DNA from: Eledone cirrhosa
Taxonomy: Eukaryota
DNA: 64,000 nucleotides
Reading direction: 5' to 3'
NCBI GenBank assembly: GCA_964016885.1
Contig: OZ024761.1
Span: 25,296,001-25,360,000, forward strand
The translations under genes and the position numbers were made by a program. The notes beneath the pieces were generated by a model that was not told the DNA's origin, made no database searches, and saw only the letters and a program-made list of their open reading frames with translations. Below, piece by piece: positions 1 through 13,012 of this stretch. Each line of letters begins with the position of its first letter. Position 1 is the first letter of the stretch.

Positions 1-416
1 CATCTATATATATATATATAAATGGAGAGAGAATAACATATATATATATATATACGTATGTATTTACGTGCAATATGGGCGTATGTTTTTGAAGTATGTG
101 TATATATACACACACACACACACACACACATTTGAAATCAAATAATAATAGATCATTTATTATTTATTAATGTGACGTTTGAACATAACTGCCCTCTGTA
201 TATGATTGTGTCTGTGTGTTTATATGAGTGTATGTGTGTGGCTCTGAGCCTGTATTTTTGTATGTCTGTAGTTCATATGGTCACATGAATGCATTAATAC
301 ACATATATACATAAGCCACACATATGCATTCATACACGTACACATTCACACGCATACTCTCCCTACTATCTTTCTCTCACACACCAACAAATACACCCAT
401 TTATCATTTATTTATT

Positions 417-462
<46 letters not shown>

Positions 463-1246
463 CTAGCAGCAGTACCCAGCGTTGTCTGGGTACGTAAAAT
501 AATATCTACTTTGATGAAAAGGTGTTGATCTTAGCGACTGCTTCTCGATGACTCATCTATGGCCACACACAGGCACTGCGGGGGAGGTGGTGATGACCTC
601 TATCACTGAGAAACGCGGGTGACTGACGAAGGGGCATGCTGGGGGAGGGAGTTTCGAATTTGAACGAAATCGGTTGAAAAATGTGGGAGCTAGAGCCGAA
701 AAGGCGGAAATTTGAGCGAAAAGGTGTTATTTTCGAATATTTAAGCGACTGTGACGCCGTTCCTCAAAAGAAAATCCAAAATGTAAACCTACTTTAAGAC
801 GTGAAGTAATCAGATCTAGCGTAGTGTAAAATTTGAACGAAGTAGGTTGATTAATGTGGGAGCTAGAGCCGAAATTTGAGTCTGAAAGTGGTATTTTTGA
901 ATATTTAAGCGGCTGCAACGCCGTCACTGAACAACAAATACAATATATAAAGGCATTACAGGATGTGCAATGATAAATTCTATTTTGCTTTAAAATTTGA
1001 AGGATATCGATGGCAAAATGTGGGAGCTAGAGCCAACAATCTTATTTTTCGATACCCCCCACAAAAAGGTGATTTTTATCTGCAGAATGACTCCGGAATG
1101 AAAAAAAAACCGATACGCTAATATATAGAAAACACTCCCGATGACTAATCTATGAGCCTGTAAAGATTCATGAAAATTGGCCCGAGGTGTAGGCCCCTAT
1201 AGTTAATAGACAGACACACACATGCTTAATTTTATATATATACAGA
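463..1246 (-). mobile_element. Non-autonomous Helitron
   Basis: Minus strand starts TC (TCTGTATATATATAAAA). It ends with the hairpin ACCCAG-acaacg-CTGGGT followed by CTAG, and sits between A and T with no TSD. Internal repeated block AATGTGGGAGCTAGAGCC x3. Confidence 0.75.
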
Positions 1247-1757
1247 TATATATATATATATATATACATACATACACATACAATTTCATTTATACTGTGT
1301 GGTTTACCAGTGGTTAGATCTGATCAGTTAACCGTAATGTAACAATTAAAGGTATTCAACGTTATGAAAATCTTGAAATCGTCGATCTGGTATCTTGTTA
1401 TTTGGGTAGGGACGGAGTTAAATATTTATTTAAAAAACGAAAGAAAGTTTAAAAACAAAAGAAATTTACTTTTAATACTGCAAAATCGCAATACGTGTTT
1501 CCGTGACGTGGGTACATCATTACCTGACGTAAGATTCCCTAATCCTAGCAATATACACCTGATGACGGCGCCAAGTCTTGCATCTTGATCTGTTCATGTA
1601 ACTATGCCATTGAAATACTTATTGCATTAAGAGCATATTTCGAAACAGGCGTCTCTACTCTATTTACACACAAAGTATTCCTAGTATCGAGTATATTGTT
1701 GAATCATGGTCTTACTAGTTTAAACTGCTATAATCCTACTCTATCACTGTATCTCTC

Positions 1758-1772
1758 TATATATGTATGTGC

Positions 1773-1816
<44 letters not shown>

Positions 1817-2312
1817 GCGTGTATATATATATATATATGTTCACCCACATATATATATACGTACACACACAGGCACATGCATACATACACACACGTATAT
1901 ATATACACGTATATTTATATATATACACATTTATATATATACACACATATATATATATATACACATATATATTTATATATATACACATATATATTTATAT
2001 ATAGACACATATATATATACACATATTTAGACACATATATATACACATATTTATATATATATATACAGATTTATATATATACACACATTTATATATATAT
2101 ACACATATTTATATATATATACACACATTTACATATATACACACACACATATACACACACATACACACACACATTTATATATATATAGTATACATACACA
2201 TATACACACATATATATATATACATACACATACACATATATACACACACACACATATATATCGTATACACACCACACATACCCACATATATATGTGTGTG
2301 TGGTGTGTGTGT
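1758..2312. repeat. Compound (TA)n/(CA)n microsatellite
   Basis: Seen directly. Confidence 0.95.
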
Positions 2313-2341
2313 CAGATATCTATGTAACAGACCAGACTCAC

Positions 2342-2398
2342 AGTACTTCCGGCACGTTACTCACAATACTACTTGGCCCCTGACATAATATCTGCACT
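2342..2398 (-). CDS. Candidate 57-nt coding exon (VQILCQGPSSIVSNVPEV) of an LRR-type secreted or receptor protein
   Basis: Acceptor ttttctttccttAG, donor GTGAGT, open phase 2-2 frame. Joins in frame to 26944-26799 to give a C-x-C...C...VP LRRNT-like pattern. Confidence 0.45.
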
Positions 2399-2440
2399 CT
2401 AAGGAAAGAAAACATTTCTACTACTTGACGGTGACAGATA

Positions 2441-3118
2441 ATGGTGGTGGTGGTGTTAATGGTGGTGGTGGTGGTGTTAATGGTGGTGGTGGTGGTACTG
2501 GTGGTGGTGTTAATGGTGGTGGTGGTGTTAATGGTGGTGGTGGTGTTAATGGTGGTGGTGGTGGTACTGGTGTTAGTTTTGGTGGTGGTAGTGGTGGTGG
2601 TGTTAATGGTGGTGGTGGTGGTGTTAATGGTGGTGGTAGTGGTGTTAATGGTGGTGGTAGTGGTGTTAATGGTGGTGGTGCTGGTACTGGTGTTAGTTGT
2701 GGTGGCGGTGGTGGTCGTCGTGGTGTTAATGGTGGTGGTGCTGGTGTTAATGGTGGTAGTGGTGGTGGTGTTGATGGTGGTGGTGGTGGTACTGGTGTTA
2801 GTTGTGGTGGTGGTGGCGTTAATGATGGTGGTGTTGGTACTGGGGTTAGTTGTGGTGGAGGTGGTACTGACGGTACTACTACTACTACTACTACTACAGA
2901 GGATGGTAGTAGTAGTAGTAGTAGTATTAGTGGTGTTGGTGGTGGTGTTGGTGGTGGTGGTGGTGGGGTGGGGTGGCGGTGGTGGTGGGGCGGCGGTGGG
3001 GGTTGGGGTAGTGGGGTAGGGGTGGGGTGGCGGTGGTGGTGGGGCGGCGGTGGGGGTTGGGGTGGTGGAGTGGCGGGGGTGGGGTGGTGGATTGGCGGGG
3101 TGGGGTGGTGGAGGCGGT
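2441..3118. repeat. (GGT)n-based low-complexity repeat
   Basis: GGT/GGTGTTAAT units; gives spurious poly-Gly/Val ORFs. Confidence 0.9.
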
Positions 3119-3754
3119 AATTATATTAATGTTGCTGCAGGAAGTCGATGTCTGACTGTTGCAGTGTCAACGATATCTGCCTCTTTCTGTGTGTGTAACT
3201 GTATGAGGGGCATTTTTTTTATCCTATTACTGTATTTACTCACTAGATTGCGGCCATGATGCAGCACCACCTTCGATCGCTTTCCCAAGCTGTAGAATGT
3301 TAAGGGCCATAAGCACAGTCATGAATACATACATACAATCATATATATAAGGTAAGAGAGTGTTGAAGTCTGTTTGAAGCATTGTCTCTCTCTCATTACC
3401 TCCTGATTCTCTTACCCGGAGATTTACCCATCTGCATTGTTGAGGCTGCCAATACCACTATTTTTAATCATATATATATATATATATATATACTCAATGT
3501 GTTGAGTACCTTACTTACTGTGGTTACCTCCGATTCAACCCGGAATAACGTAGGTTTACATATATATATATGTAGGAGGTGAGTTTTATTGTAGTACAAT
3601 AAAGCAATGCAGATATCGGATAAGAAGCACTCTACAGTTTGTAGGACTGGAATATACATAATATAAGATCAAAAGATAGTTAAAGGAGTTCGGATATGTT
3701 GATTTAAAACTGCACTATCCACAAGTGTTTTTTAGCCTTCATATCATGTTCTCC

Positions 3755-3825
3755 TGTTTTATCTGATGAAAACACAAATATTATTGCATGATGATGTTTG
3801 TTTTTGAAATGCGCATAATAAAATA
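3755..3825 (+). ncRNA. Type I minimal hammerhead ribozyme, family C (within fold-back insert 3572-3862)
   Basis: ttttat-CTGATGA-stem II-GAAA-TGCGCA-TA-ataaaa. Stem I 6 bp, palindromic stem III ATGCGCAT, AUA site. Confidence 0.85.
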
Positions 3826-3855
3826 CATGGAACTCCTTTAACCATCTTTTGATCT

Positions 3856-3906
<51 letters not shown>

Positions 3907-5272
3907 TATATATATACGTGTTTTGCAACGGGTCACTTTGTGGCTCAATGAAAAGTTAATAGATAAATAATCTGAACTATATATCATAAAAGAAGTCTAT
4001 AGAATCACCAGATAAAATATATACCATTTCCTCTCCCAATTAGCATAATTAACCATATAAAAAATCGAATAGATCAAGCTATAAGAATAAGGCTTCTATG
4101 AAGAAATCTCCAACATATATATATATCTATGAAGAAATCTCCATAATATATATATTAATCATCACTGGGTGTACCTGTGCGAAAGAGTGAGTTGAACCGA
4201 AATCTCTTGGATGGTAAGCAAAGCCCTTAACCACCCAGCTACTTCTATACATACATATACACGTAAATTAACCACTAGATTGTAGGAAATTTAATGATTA
4301 ATATTCTTTAGCTTATGCCCTCATTATCTTCAAGATAAGGCGACATCCATCAGTAACTCTCGTTATTATAATGAGGCCATTTGCAACGCTGGCATTTCTG
4401 ATAAACTGCAGTCCACATTCCCAGCTCATCTCATGTTACAAATAATAAAATTTGAAAACAAGAAATGTTTAGCGATAAAATCAAAATAAAATATTTAAAT
4501 TCACAACAAATATCATCAAAGTGTTTCCTAGATTTAATGTTCTATCATTTCTCCATATATAAATGTTTTGCCAGTAGTTCCATCTTTGTTAGCTACCTTG
4601 AAAATCTTCGAAAAATAATGTAATAGTTTGTCGTATGAGGGTCAAAGCGTGTGCCTTAATGGTTAGGATGTCAGGTCCAGTAAAGAGTTCGATTTTGGAA
4701 CTAGGATATGAGTTGGGGGCTGTATATTTCACACACCCACGACTACGAATACTAATATAGTCACTAATGCAATCACCACCAATATTAACACTACCATGTA
4801 TAATTAAATTAATAAAACCAATATCAATACAACCTCCTCAATAAGTAACTCAAAGAGCACAATGACCAACACCTTCTCCACCACCAACAGCAACACCACC
4901 GCGCCAACCAAATAACAACTAACACCAAATCACAACTCCCAACATTACCATTACCAAAACCATAACACCACCACCGTCACCGAGACCAATAAGACCGCCA
5001 ACACAAACATCCCCATCACCACCCATAAAACCATCATCATCACCACCAAAAGTGTTAGCACGATCACCATCAACACTGCCACCATCAGTAACACCTATGA
5101 GACCACCGTTATCAACCTAACATCACCAGCACCAGCCCTACCAAGCAACATCACCAACACCAACACCAATTCGTAAGTAGCAGGAAACTGCCATGAGAAT
5201 TTCTCAAAGCGGTGTCTGCAAGACTTCGTGTATGGAATCCCTTATCAGCAAAAGACATCACAATAAACACTG

Positions 5273-5471
5273 TATATATGTATATATATATATACATACA
5301 TACATATATATACATACATACATACATACTTAAATATACATACATATATATATATACATATATAAATATACATACATATATATATATACATATATACATA
5401 CATATATATACATATATATATACATATATACATACATATATATACATATATATATACATATATACATACAT

Positions 5472-5502
<31 letters not shown>

Positions 5503-6024
5503 CATATACATACATATATATATATATATATATACATATATACATACATATACATACATATATATATATATACATATATACATACATATATATATATATA
5601 CATATATACATACATATATATATATATATACATATATACATATATATACATATATACATATATATACATATATACATATATATACATATATACATATATA
5701 TACATATATACATATATATACATATATACATATATATACATATATACATACATATATATATATATATACATATATACATATATACATATATATACATATA
5801 TACATATATATACATATATACATATATATACATATATACATATATACATATATATACATATATATACATATATACATATATATACATATATACATATATA
5901 TACATATATATATACATACATATATACATACATATATACATACATACATATATACATACATATATATATACATACATATATATACATATATATATACATA
6001 CATACATATTTAAATATACATATA

Positions 6025-6065
<41 letters not shown>

Positions 6066-6375
6066 ATATACATACATACACATATATACATACACATATA
6101 TACATACACATATATACATACACATATATACATACACATATATACATACACATACATACATACACATATATACATACACATATATACATACACATACATA
6201 CATATTTATATATATACATATATACATACATACATATTTATATATATACATACATACATATTTATATATATACATACATATTTAAATATACATACATACA
6301 TATTTAAATATAGATACATATATATATATATATATATATATACATACATACATAAATGTACACATATATATACTC

Positions 6376-6422
<47 letters not shown>

Positions 6423-6478
6423 CACAGACAACTATGTATATATGTATATGCTTGTGTGTGTGTGTGTGTATATATATT
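5273..6478. repeat. (TA)n/(TACA)n microsatellite
   Basis: Seen directly. Confidence 0.95.
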
Positions 6479-6714
6479 AATGTCTGGTGGGAGAGAACTA
6501 TAGATAGACAGAAGGTAAACAGAGAGAGAGAGGTGAGAGAGCTTGAGAGATAGAGAGAGGTATATAGAGAGAGAATAAGAGAGACAGAGATAGTATGATG
6601 TAGTAGTTGAGACGCCATTATATTATTCAATCCTTCCTGTTCACACGGTTCTTTTCACATAGCATAGCATCACCAACAAACTATATATCATGTATATAAA
6701 CTCCAAAGTATATC

Positions 6715-6756
<42 letters not shown>

Positions 6757-6932
6757 TTTTGTCTAATTTTTAAACTTCAATCCCTGACCCCGACAACTAA
6801 TATAAAAGAGCCCCCACTTAGAATACTGACCCCAACTATACAAGCGGAGTTGCTGATGTATACAACAATTTCAAACTGCTAGCCTTGAGTGATACGTTGA
6901 TGTAAACAATGATCTTGCAATCACATGTTATA

Positions 6933-6979
6933 TGCCTTGATAAGTCCCACCATGGGGTCGGACGAAACGGCTGTCGGCA
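6933..6979 (+). ncRNA. Type I hammerhead ribozyme with U3-A8 variant core
   Basis: tgcc-TTGATAA-gtcc...ggac-GAAA-CGGCTG-TC-ggca, then AATAAA; inside a TA-flanked insert at about 6755-7135. Confidence 0.8.
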
Positions 6980-7188
6980 ATAAACTTGTTATAATGTCAT
7001 AATAGTTCCTTTGTTCTTTTTCACTAATATTTCTGCTCTGCGTATACGCATAGAGCTTAACTAGCTACCGTCACATATTTGGTAGGTCAGACGTGATCAT
7101 CGCGATTCACATACGACCTACCATACATCTTACTTATATATATATATACGATATTGACAAATGGAAACTATATTTATAAAACCATATT

Positions 7189-7253
7189 TATTTTGTTATA
7201 CATATTTCAAGGACACCACGTTAAATTATGGTGCGCTTTCATCAGACAAAATA
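7189..7253 (-). ncRNA. Type I minimal hammerhead ribozyme, family A
   Basis: tattttgt-CTGATGA-aagcgcacca...tggtgtcctt-GAAA-TATGTA-TA-acaaaata; perfect 8-bp stem I. Confidence 0.85.
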
Positions 7254-7413
7254 CAATATAGATCAGTTTTATAAATAAATATTGACATACCCTTAAAAAA
7301 TGCAACCATTACTGTTGGAAGCTCCCGGATAGTGGAGTTGTTTACTTATATTATTATTAGTATTGGATATTTTAAAACAAGTCGTTGGGTTAGAGAGAAA
7401 GAATGAGAGAGAG

Positions 7414-7466
<53 letters not shown>

Positions 7467-7600
7467 ATTATCCTAGATGTAGTAATGGTTAATTACTACA
7501 CTGGATATGGTTGACGTACGGTGAGAGGTTACTCTACGAGTTATGGAAGAGTTGTTGAAGAAACTTTGTTCCTGATCCTTCTGTATTCCGGAATGTATTC

Positions 7601-7712
7601 TGCTCTGAGGATACAGTGGTCACAGCATTGGATATTTGAGTTCTGCAAATAGTTGTAAATTTGCACATAGCATAACTAGTCTGTAGTACCACCGTGGAAA
7701 CATTTGTAAGCA
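7601..7712 (+). ncRNA. Type I hammerhead ribozyme with about 85-nt stem II
   Basis: tgct-CTGAGGA-tacagtggtcacag...ctgtagtaccaccgtg-GAAA-CATTTG-TA-agca; inner hairpin tgcaaat/atttgca. Confidence 0.75.
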
Positions 7713-7902
7713 CACGGAATAAATTACCTTTTTATGATGTCTACCTGTTATTATTCATTCTTTATATATCTATATATATGTAGGAGGTGAGTCTTATTGT
7801 AGCACAATAAAGCAATGCACATACCGGAGAGTAGCAGTCAACAGTTTATATGACTGGAGTATAAATAATATAAGATCAAAAGATGGTTAAAAGAGTTCGA
7901 TG

Positions 7903-7971
7903 TATTTTATTATGCGCATTTCAAAAACATATCATCATGGGATGATATTTGCGTTTTCATCAGATAAAATA
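7903..7971 (-). ncRNA. Hammerhead ribozyme family C, second copy (in complex fold-back 7781-8178)
   Basis: tattttat-CTGATGA-aaacgcaaatatcat...-GAAA-TGCGCA-TA-ataaaata. Confidence 0.85.
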
Positions 7972-8396
7972 GGGAGACTTGGTATGAAGCTTAAAAAAAC
8001 ACTTGTGAATAGTGAAGTTTTAAATCAAGATATGAAAAATAATTTTGGATGATATTTGCGTTAAATCAACATATGCTGATTTAACGCAAATATCATCCCA
8101 TGATGATATTTGTTTATGAAATGCGCATAATAAAATACATGAAACTCTTTTAACCATCTTTTGATCTTGTATTATTTATATATATATATAGACACACACA
8201 CACACACATATATATATCTATACACATATATATATACACACACCTATAAAATGTGTAAATATATATATATATATATATACTGGCAAACATCTATATATAT
8301 ATATGTGTGTGTGCATGTGTGTATATATACATATTTGATTATGTCAGTATATATACGTGTGTGTGTTGTATGTATATGTATCTATTTGATTGTGTC

Positions 8397-8439
<43 letters not shown>

Positions 8440-8964
8440 TATACCTATATACATATATATATATATATATATATCAGATATACCTCTATACTGACACACA
8501 CATATATATACTGACACATATGTATACATATATACTGACAATCAAATATGTATATATACACGCACTGTGTGTGTAGAGAGAGAAGGGGAGAGGGAGAGAG
8601 AGGGGATAGAGAGAGAAGGGGAGAGGGAGAGAGAGGGGGTAGAGAGCGGGAAAGGGAGAGAGAGGGGATGGGAGGAGGGGGAGAGAGGGGGGAGAATGGG
8701 GGAGGGGCTGACGGGGGAGAGGAGGGAGATAGAGAGAAGCAAACCCAACCGGCAAGAGACCCATGTCTAGAACAGGAACAAGATAATTGGATAATATCCA
8801 GGAGATCGGTGTCTATCTCCCTTTGTGGGGGGGGGGGTCCTGCCTGATCAATTGATTGCTGCTGACAGAACCGGCTGGAAGATGTGGCAGAGGACCTTGC
8901 AACAATGATCTCCCCAGCGACAGGTGGTCAACAAATATAATCTGTGTGAATATATATATATATA

Positions 8965-9352
8965 AGGTAAATTTCTTTCAGTCGTTTGGAAGCCTCGACA
9001 ATGCAAATGGGTAAATCTCCGGGTAACAAGATCCGGTGGTGGAGAGAGAGATGTAAGTGGGTGTACGTTGAGATGCGTGGCGTGTATAAGACGTGTAGAG
9101 GAATAAAGGAAAGAGTATAAAGGTTAAAATAAAAATAACAACACGAGAGAGAGTTACCTTGGGAGAGATGTAATTGTCCCTATATATTTCGGATTCACAT
9201 CCATCAACTAGGGTTTTTTTTCCGGGGTGGGGGAAAGGTTATCTGTCGGAACAACCTGGAGATTTACCCATTTGCATTGTCGAGGCTTCCAAACGACTTA
9301 AAGAAATTTACATTATCATTCCACAATACTTCAAGCAAACTTCAATACTCTC
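8965..9352. mobile_element. TA-flanked insert with about 60-bp inverted arms and a 3' tail (PLE-like remnant)
   Basis: 8965-9022 is the reverse complement of about 9255-9314; related sequence at 3410-3452. Confidence 0.55.
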
Positions 9353-9634
9353 TTATATATATATATAGTAATAATAATACTTCAGGCAAAAGGCCAGCAA
9401 TTTTTTTGTGGGGAGGGGGGATTATATCGATCCCAGTATTTGATTGGAACATTATTTTGTTGACCTTTAAAGGATGAAAGGAAAAGTTGACCTCGGAACA
9501 GGTGTTGTATTAATATGTTGTACTAATGGGATCAAACATACATTTAATTTGTCAGTATTGCATCAATGATCTTCCCAGGGACACGTGGACAAAATATATA
9601 ATCTATGTGTGAATATATATATATATAAATATAT

Positions 9635-9965
9635 ATATGAATAAAGTTAATCCTTCATCAGTGATCTTCCAACCATAATTGGTATTTCATCGCTTTAAAG
9701 ACCATGTACCTCCGGTTGGTGCGAGCAACGGCTAAAAAAAGTCGTTGGGACACGTAAATAAAGGGGACACGAGAGTGTAAACAAACAAAGATGGTGTCCC
9801 CTTTATTTACGTGTCCCAACGACTTTTTTTAGCCGTTGCTCGCACCAACCGGAGGTATATGGTCTTTAAAGCGATGAAATACCAATGATGGTTGGAAGAT
9901 CACTGATGAAGGACTAACTTTATTCATATGTAACCCATTAGCAACTACGCAGCACGTTTATTCTC
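9635..9965. mobile_element. TA-flanked fold-back insert (about 135-bp arms plus about 36-nt tail), PLE-like
   Basis: 9635-9770 is nearly perfectly complementary to 9794-9929, followed by an unpaired tail and (TA)n. Confidence 0.65.
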
Positions 9966-9984
9966 ATATATATATATATAAATA

Positions 9985-10200
9985 TAGTATTAATAATAAA
10001 TTTGAAGACTAAAATCCAAAGAGGGCTCGATAAGGGTAAATATATATCAGATATATAAAAACCGTAGAGCAAATATTTATTAAAATAACAGATTAAAGTT
10101 TAAGCAAAGAATCGCTGCTTTCACCCTTAATCAGAAGATCCCGTTAAGGGTGAAAGCAGCGATTTTTGCTTAAACTTTAATCTGTTATTTTAATAAATAT
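9985..10200. mobile_element. Fold-back insert family E (also 22505-22732, 27086-27162; fragments 32969-33010, 33943-34018)
   Basis: Shared TAAAATAACAGATTAAAGTTTAAGCAAAGAATCGCTGCTTTCACCC arm; inverted duplication in the 10.1 kb and 22.6 kb copies; most copies TA-flanked. Confidence 0.75.
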
Positions 10201-10238
10201 ATATATATATATATATATATGCAATATGTTATATATTG

Positions 10239-10303
10239 TATTTTGTCTGATGAAGGCATACCATAATTTAATGTGGTATCCCTGAAATATGTATAATGAA
10301 ATA
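10239..10303 (+). ncRNA. Hammerhead ribozyme family A, second copy
   Basis: tattttgt-CTGATGA-aggcatacca...tggtatccct-GAAA-TATGTA-TA-atgaaata; stems kept by G-U pairs and compensatory changes relative to the 7189 copy. Confidence 0.8.
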
Positions 10304-10329
10304 AATAGGGTTTCCATTTATTAATATCG

Positions 10330-10367
<38 letters not shown>

Positions 10368-10780
10368 AATTACTCTATCAACCCACCATGTGTGTGTTTA
10401 ATGCATGCACGTCTCCCAGAGTGTCTGTATGTCTGCACGTCCACTAGAGTGTCTGCGCATATACCAGAGTGTCTGTTTGCTTCGCTTTACGTCCGACAGT
10501 CCGCCTTACAGAGTGTCTGCATGCCTGTCTGCCTTCGCGCCGGTCTGCCTGACTGCCTGCACGTCTAATAGTGTATGTCTACCTGCACGTCTAACCGAAT
10601 GTCTGACTGACTGCACGTCTAACAGAGTGTCTGTCTGTGTGTCTGACTGCAATACCGATGCACCATTAATGCTGCTGTTGTTTGGTTTTGGTGCACATCT
10701 TTCTGTCTATCCGTCTAAAAGTGCGTATATGTGTATGTGTGTGCGTGTGTGTTTGTGTGCGTGTGTGTGCGTGTGTGTGC

Positions 10781-10960
10781 GTGTGTTTGCGTGTGTTTGC
10801 GTGTGTTTGCGTGTGTTTGCGTGTGTTTGCGTGTGTTTGCGTGTGTTTGCGTGTGTTTGCGTGTGTTTGCGTGTGTTTGCGTGTGTTTGCGTGTGTTTGC
10901 GTGTGTTTGCGTGTGTTTGCGTGTGTTTGCGTGTGTTTGCGTGTGTTTGCGTGTGTTTGT
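10781..10960. repeat. Perfect 10-bp tandem repeat (GTGTGTTTGC)n
   Basis: About 18 copies seen directly. Confidence 0.95.
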
Positions 10961-11514
10961 GTATATAGGTGAACAGAACTGCGCCTATGTGTATGTGTGT
11001 GTGTTTGTGTATATAGGTGAACAGAACTGCGCCTATGTGTTTGTGTGTGTGTGTGTGTGGGATGAAGAGAGAGTAGGAGAGAGAGAAGGGGAGAAAAGAG
11101 AGCAAGAGAGCGCGTGTGTATGAGTGAGAGAGAAAGAGTGTGAAAGCATGTGATGATTAGAGAATGAGAGAGAGAGAGAATGAGAGAGAGAGAGAGAGAG
11201 AATGAGAGAGAGAGAGAGACTGAGCGAGAGAGAGAGACTGAGAGAGAGAGAGAGACTGAGAGAGAGAATGAGACAGAGAGAGAGACTGAGCGAGAGAGAG
11301 AGACTGAGAGAGAGAGAGAGACTGAGAGAGAGAGAGAGACTGAGAGAGAGAATGAGACAGAGAGAGAATGAGAGAGAGAGAGAGACAGAGCCTTTGTGTG
11401 TGAGTGCTGCATCGCTGTCGGTTAAATTCTGCTACTCAGCAGTGCACCTGCAATATCAGTCTGTCTTGATATACAGGTGTACATTACTTTGACTGCTAGT
11501 GTTCTCTGTCTACA

Positions 11515-11521
11515 TACACAC

Positions 11522-11552
<31 letters not shown>

Positions 11553-11868
11553 TATATATATAAATATATACACATATATATATATATATATACACATATA
11601 TATATATATATACACATATATATATATATACACATATATATATATATACACATATATATATATATACACATATATACACATATATATATATATATACACA
11701 TATATATATATATACACATATATACACATATATATATATATATACACATATATATATATATACACATATATATATATATACACATATATATATATACACA
11801 TATATATATACACATATATATATATATATATATAGACATATATATATATACACATATATATATACACA

Positions 11869-11907
<39 letters not shown>

Positions 11908-11970
11908 TTCGTTTCTGAATTTGTTTAGCAAGATTCTTTATTGGCAACATGACCCTCCCAAAGTATAACA

Positions 11971-12009
<39 letters not shown>

Positions 12010-12070
12010 CACACATGTATATATACACATATATATATACATGGCAACATGACCCTCCCAAAGTATAACA

Positions 12071-12103
<33 letters not shown>

Positions 12104-12220
12104 CATATACACACACATGTATATATACACATATATGTATACATATATATATACATATATATATACATATATATATACATATATATATACATGGCAACAT
12201 GACCCTCCCAAAGTATAACA

Positions 12221-12251
<31 letters not shown>

Positions 12252-12392
12252 TATATGTATATATACACATATATGTATACATATATATATACATATATAT
12301 ATACATATATATATATACATATATATATACATGGCAACATGACCCTCCCAAAGTATAACAATATATACATATATATATATATATATACATAT

Positions 12393-12433
<41 letters not shown>

Positions 12434-12572
12434 TGTATATATACACATATATGTATATATACACATATGTATATATACACACATATATATATACATACAT
12501 ATATATATACATACATATATATATATATATACATACATATATAAATACATACATATATATACACACACACAC
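11515..12572. repeat. TA/CA microsatellite interrupted by four copies of TGGCAACATGACCCTCCCAAAGTATAACAATA
   Basis: Copies at about 11942, 12042, 12192 and 12332. Confidence 0.9.
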
Positions 12573-13012
12573 AGAGTCTGTGGTGCTCAGACTGTGGAGA
12601 CCACCATTTCATGGGAAGAGCCAATGCATGGGGAGTTGCAGAGTGGGTAGTGCCCACACTCTAGGAAAGCTTTGCTGAAAACAAGCCGAAACCGCTTGGT
12701 GCAGCGGTCGGGATTATACATCCCCCTCATATATATATATAGCGTCCGTTAAAACACCCTTCCACCTATTTCAAGCTTTAATCTACTATATTTCTTCTAT
12801 ATACTGTACCTATTGTGTTGTTATTTCTGTTTACCTTTCACACACACACACACACACACACACATAGACACATGCACACACACACACACACACATTGACA
12901 CATGCACACACACACAATATTGAAATGACGCCATTGGAGGAACCGTTGAACCTTCGACCATTATGTCCCCCACTCAATGCTTTCATTTAGCCAGCACTAT
13001 TAGGACTTTGAG

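Noticed and set aside
1555-1660. CTGATGA...GAAACAGGCGTC possible hammerhead
   Set aside because: Stems I and II do not pair convincingly; at best a decayed copy
2425-3120. Gly-rich ORF; likewise the Pro/Thr ORF at 44445-45353
   Set aside because: GGT/ACC trinucleotide repeats open in multiple frames
4535-5272. Minus-strand peptides IFKVANKDGTTGKTFIYGEMIEH* and [25 protein letters not shown]
   Set aside because: Weak splice sites, unrecognised, and they would interrupt the better-supported exon pair
8965-9314. Hammerhead in this inverted-arm family
   Set aside because: CCGGAGA...GAAA present but stems I and II do not form
11942-12363. CRISPR-like repeat-spacer appearance
   Set aside because: Eukaryotic context, spacers are microsatellite, no cas genes
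12655-12716. GAAA-CCGCT..AGCGG-TC half hammerhead (also GAAACATGTA at 34365)
   Set aside because: No recognisable CUGANGA or stem I; probable remnants, not called
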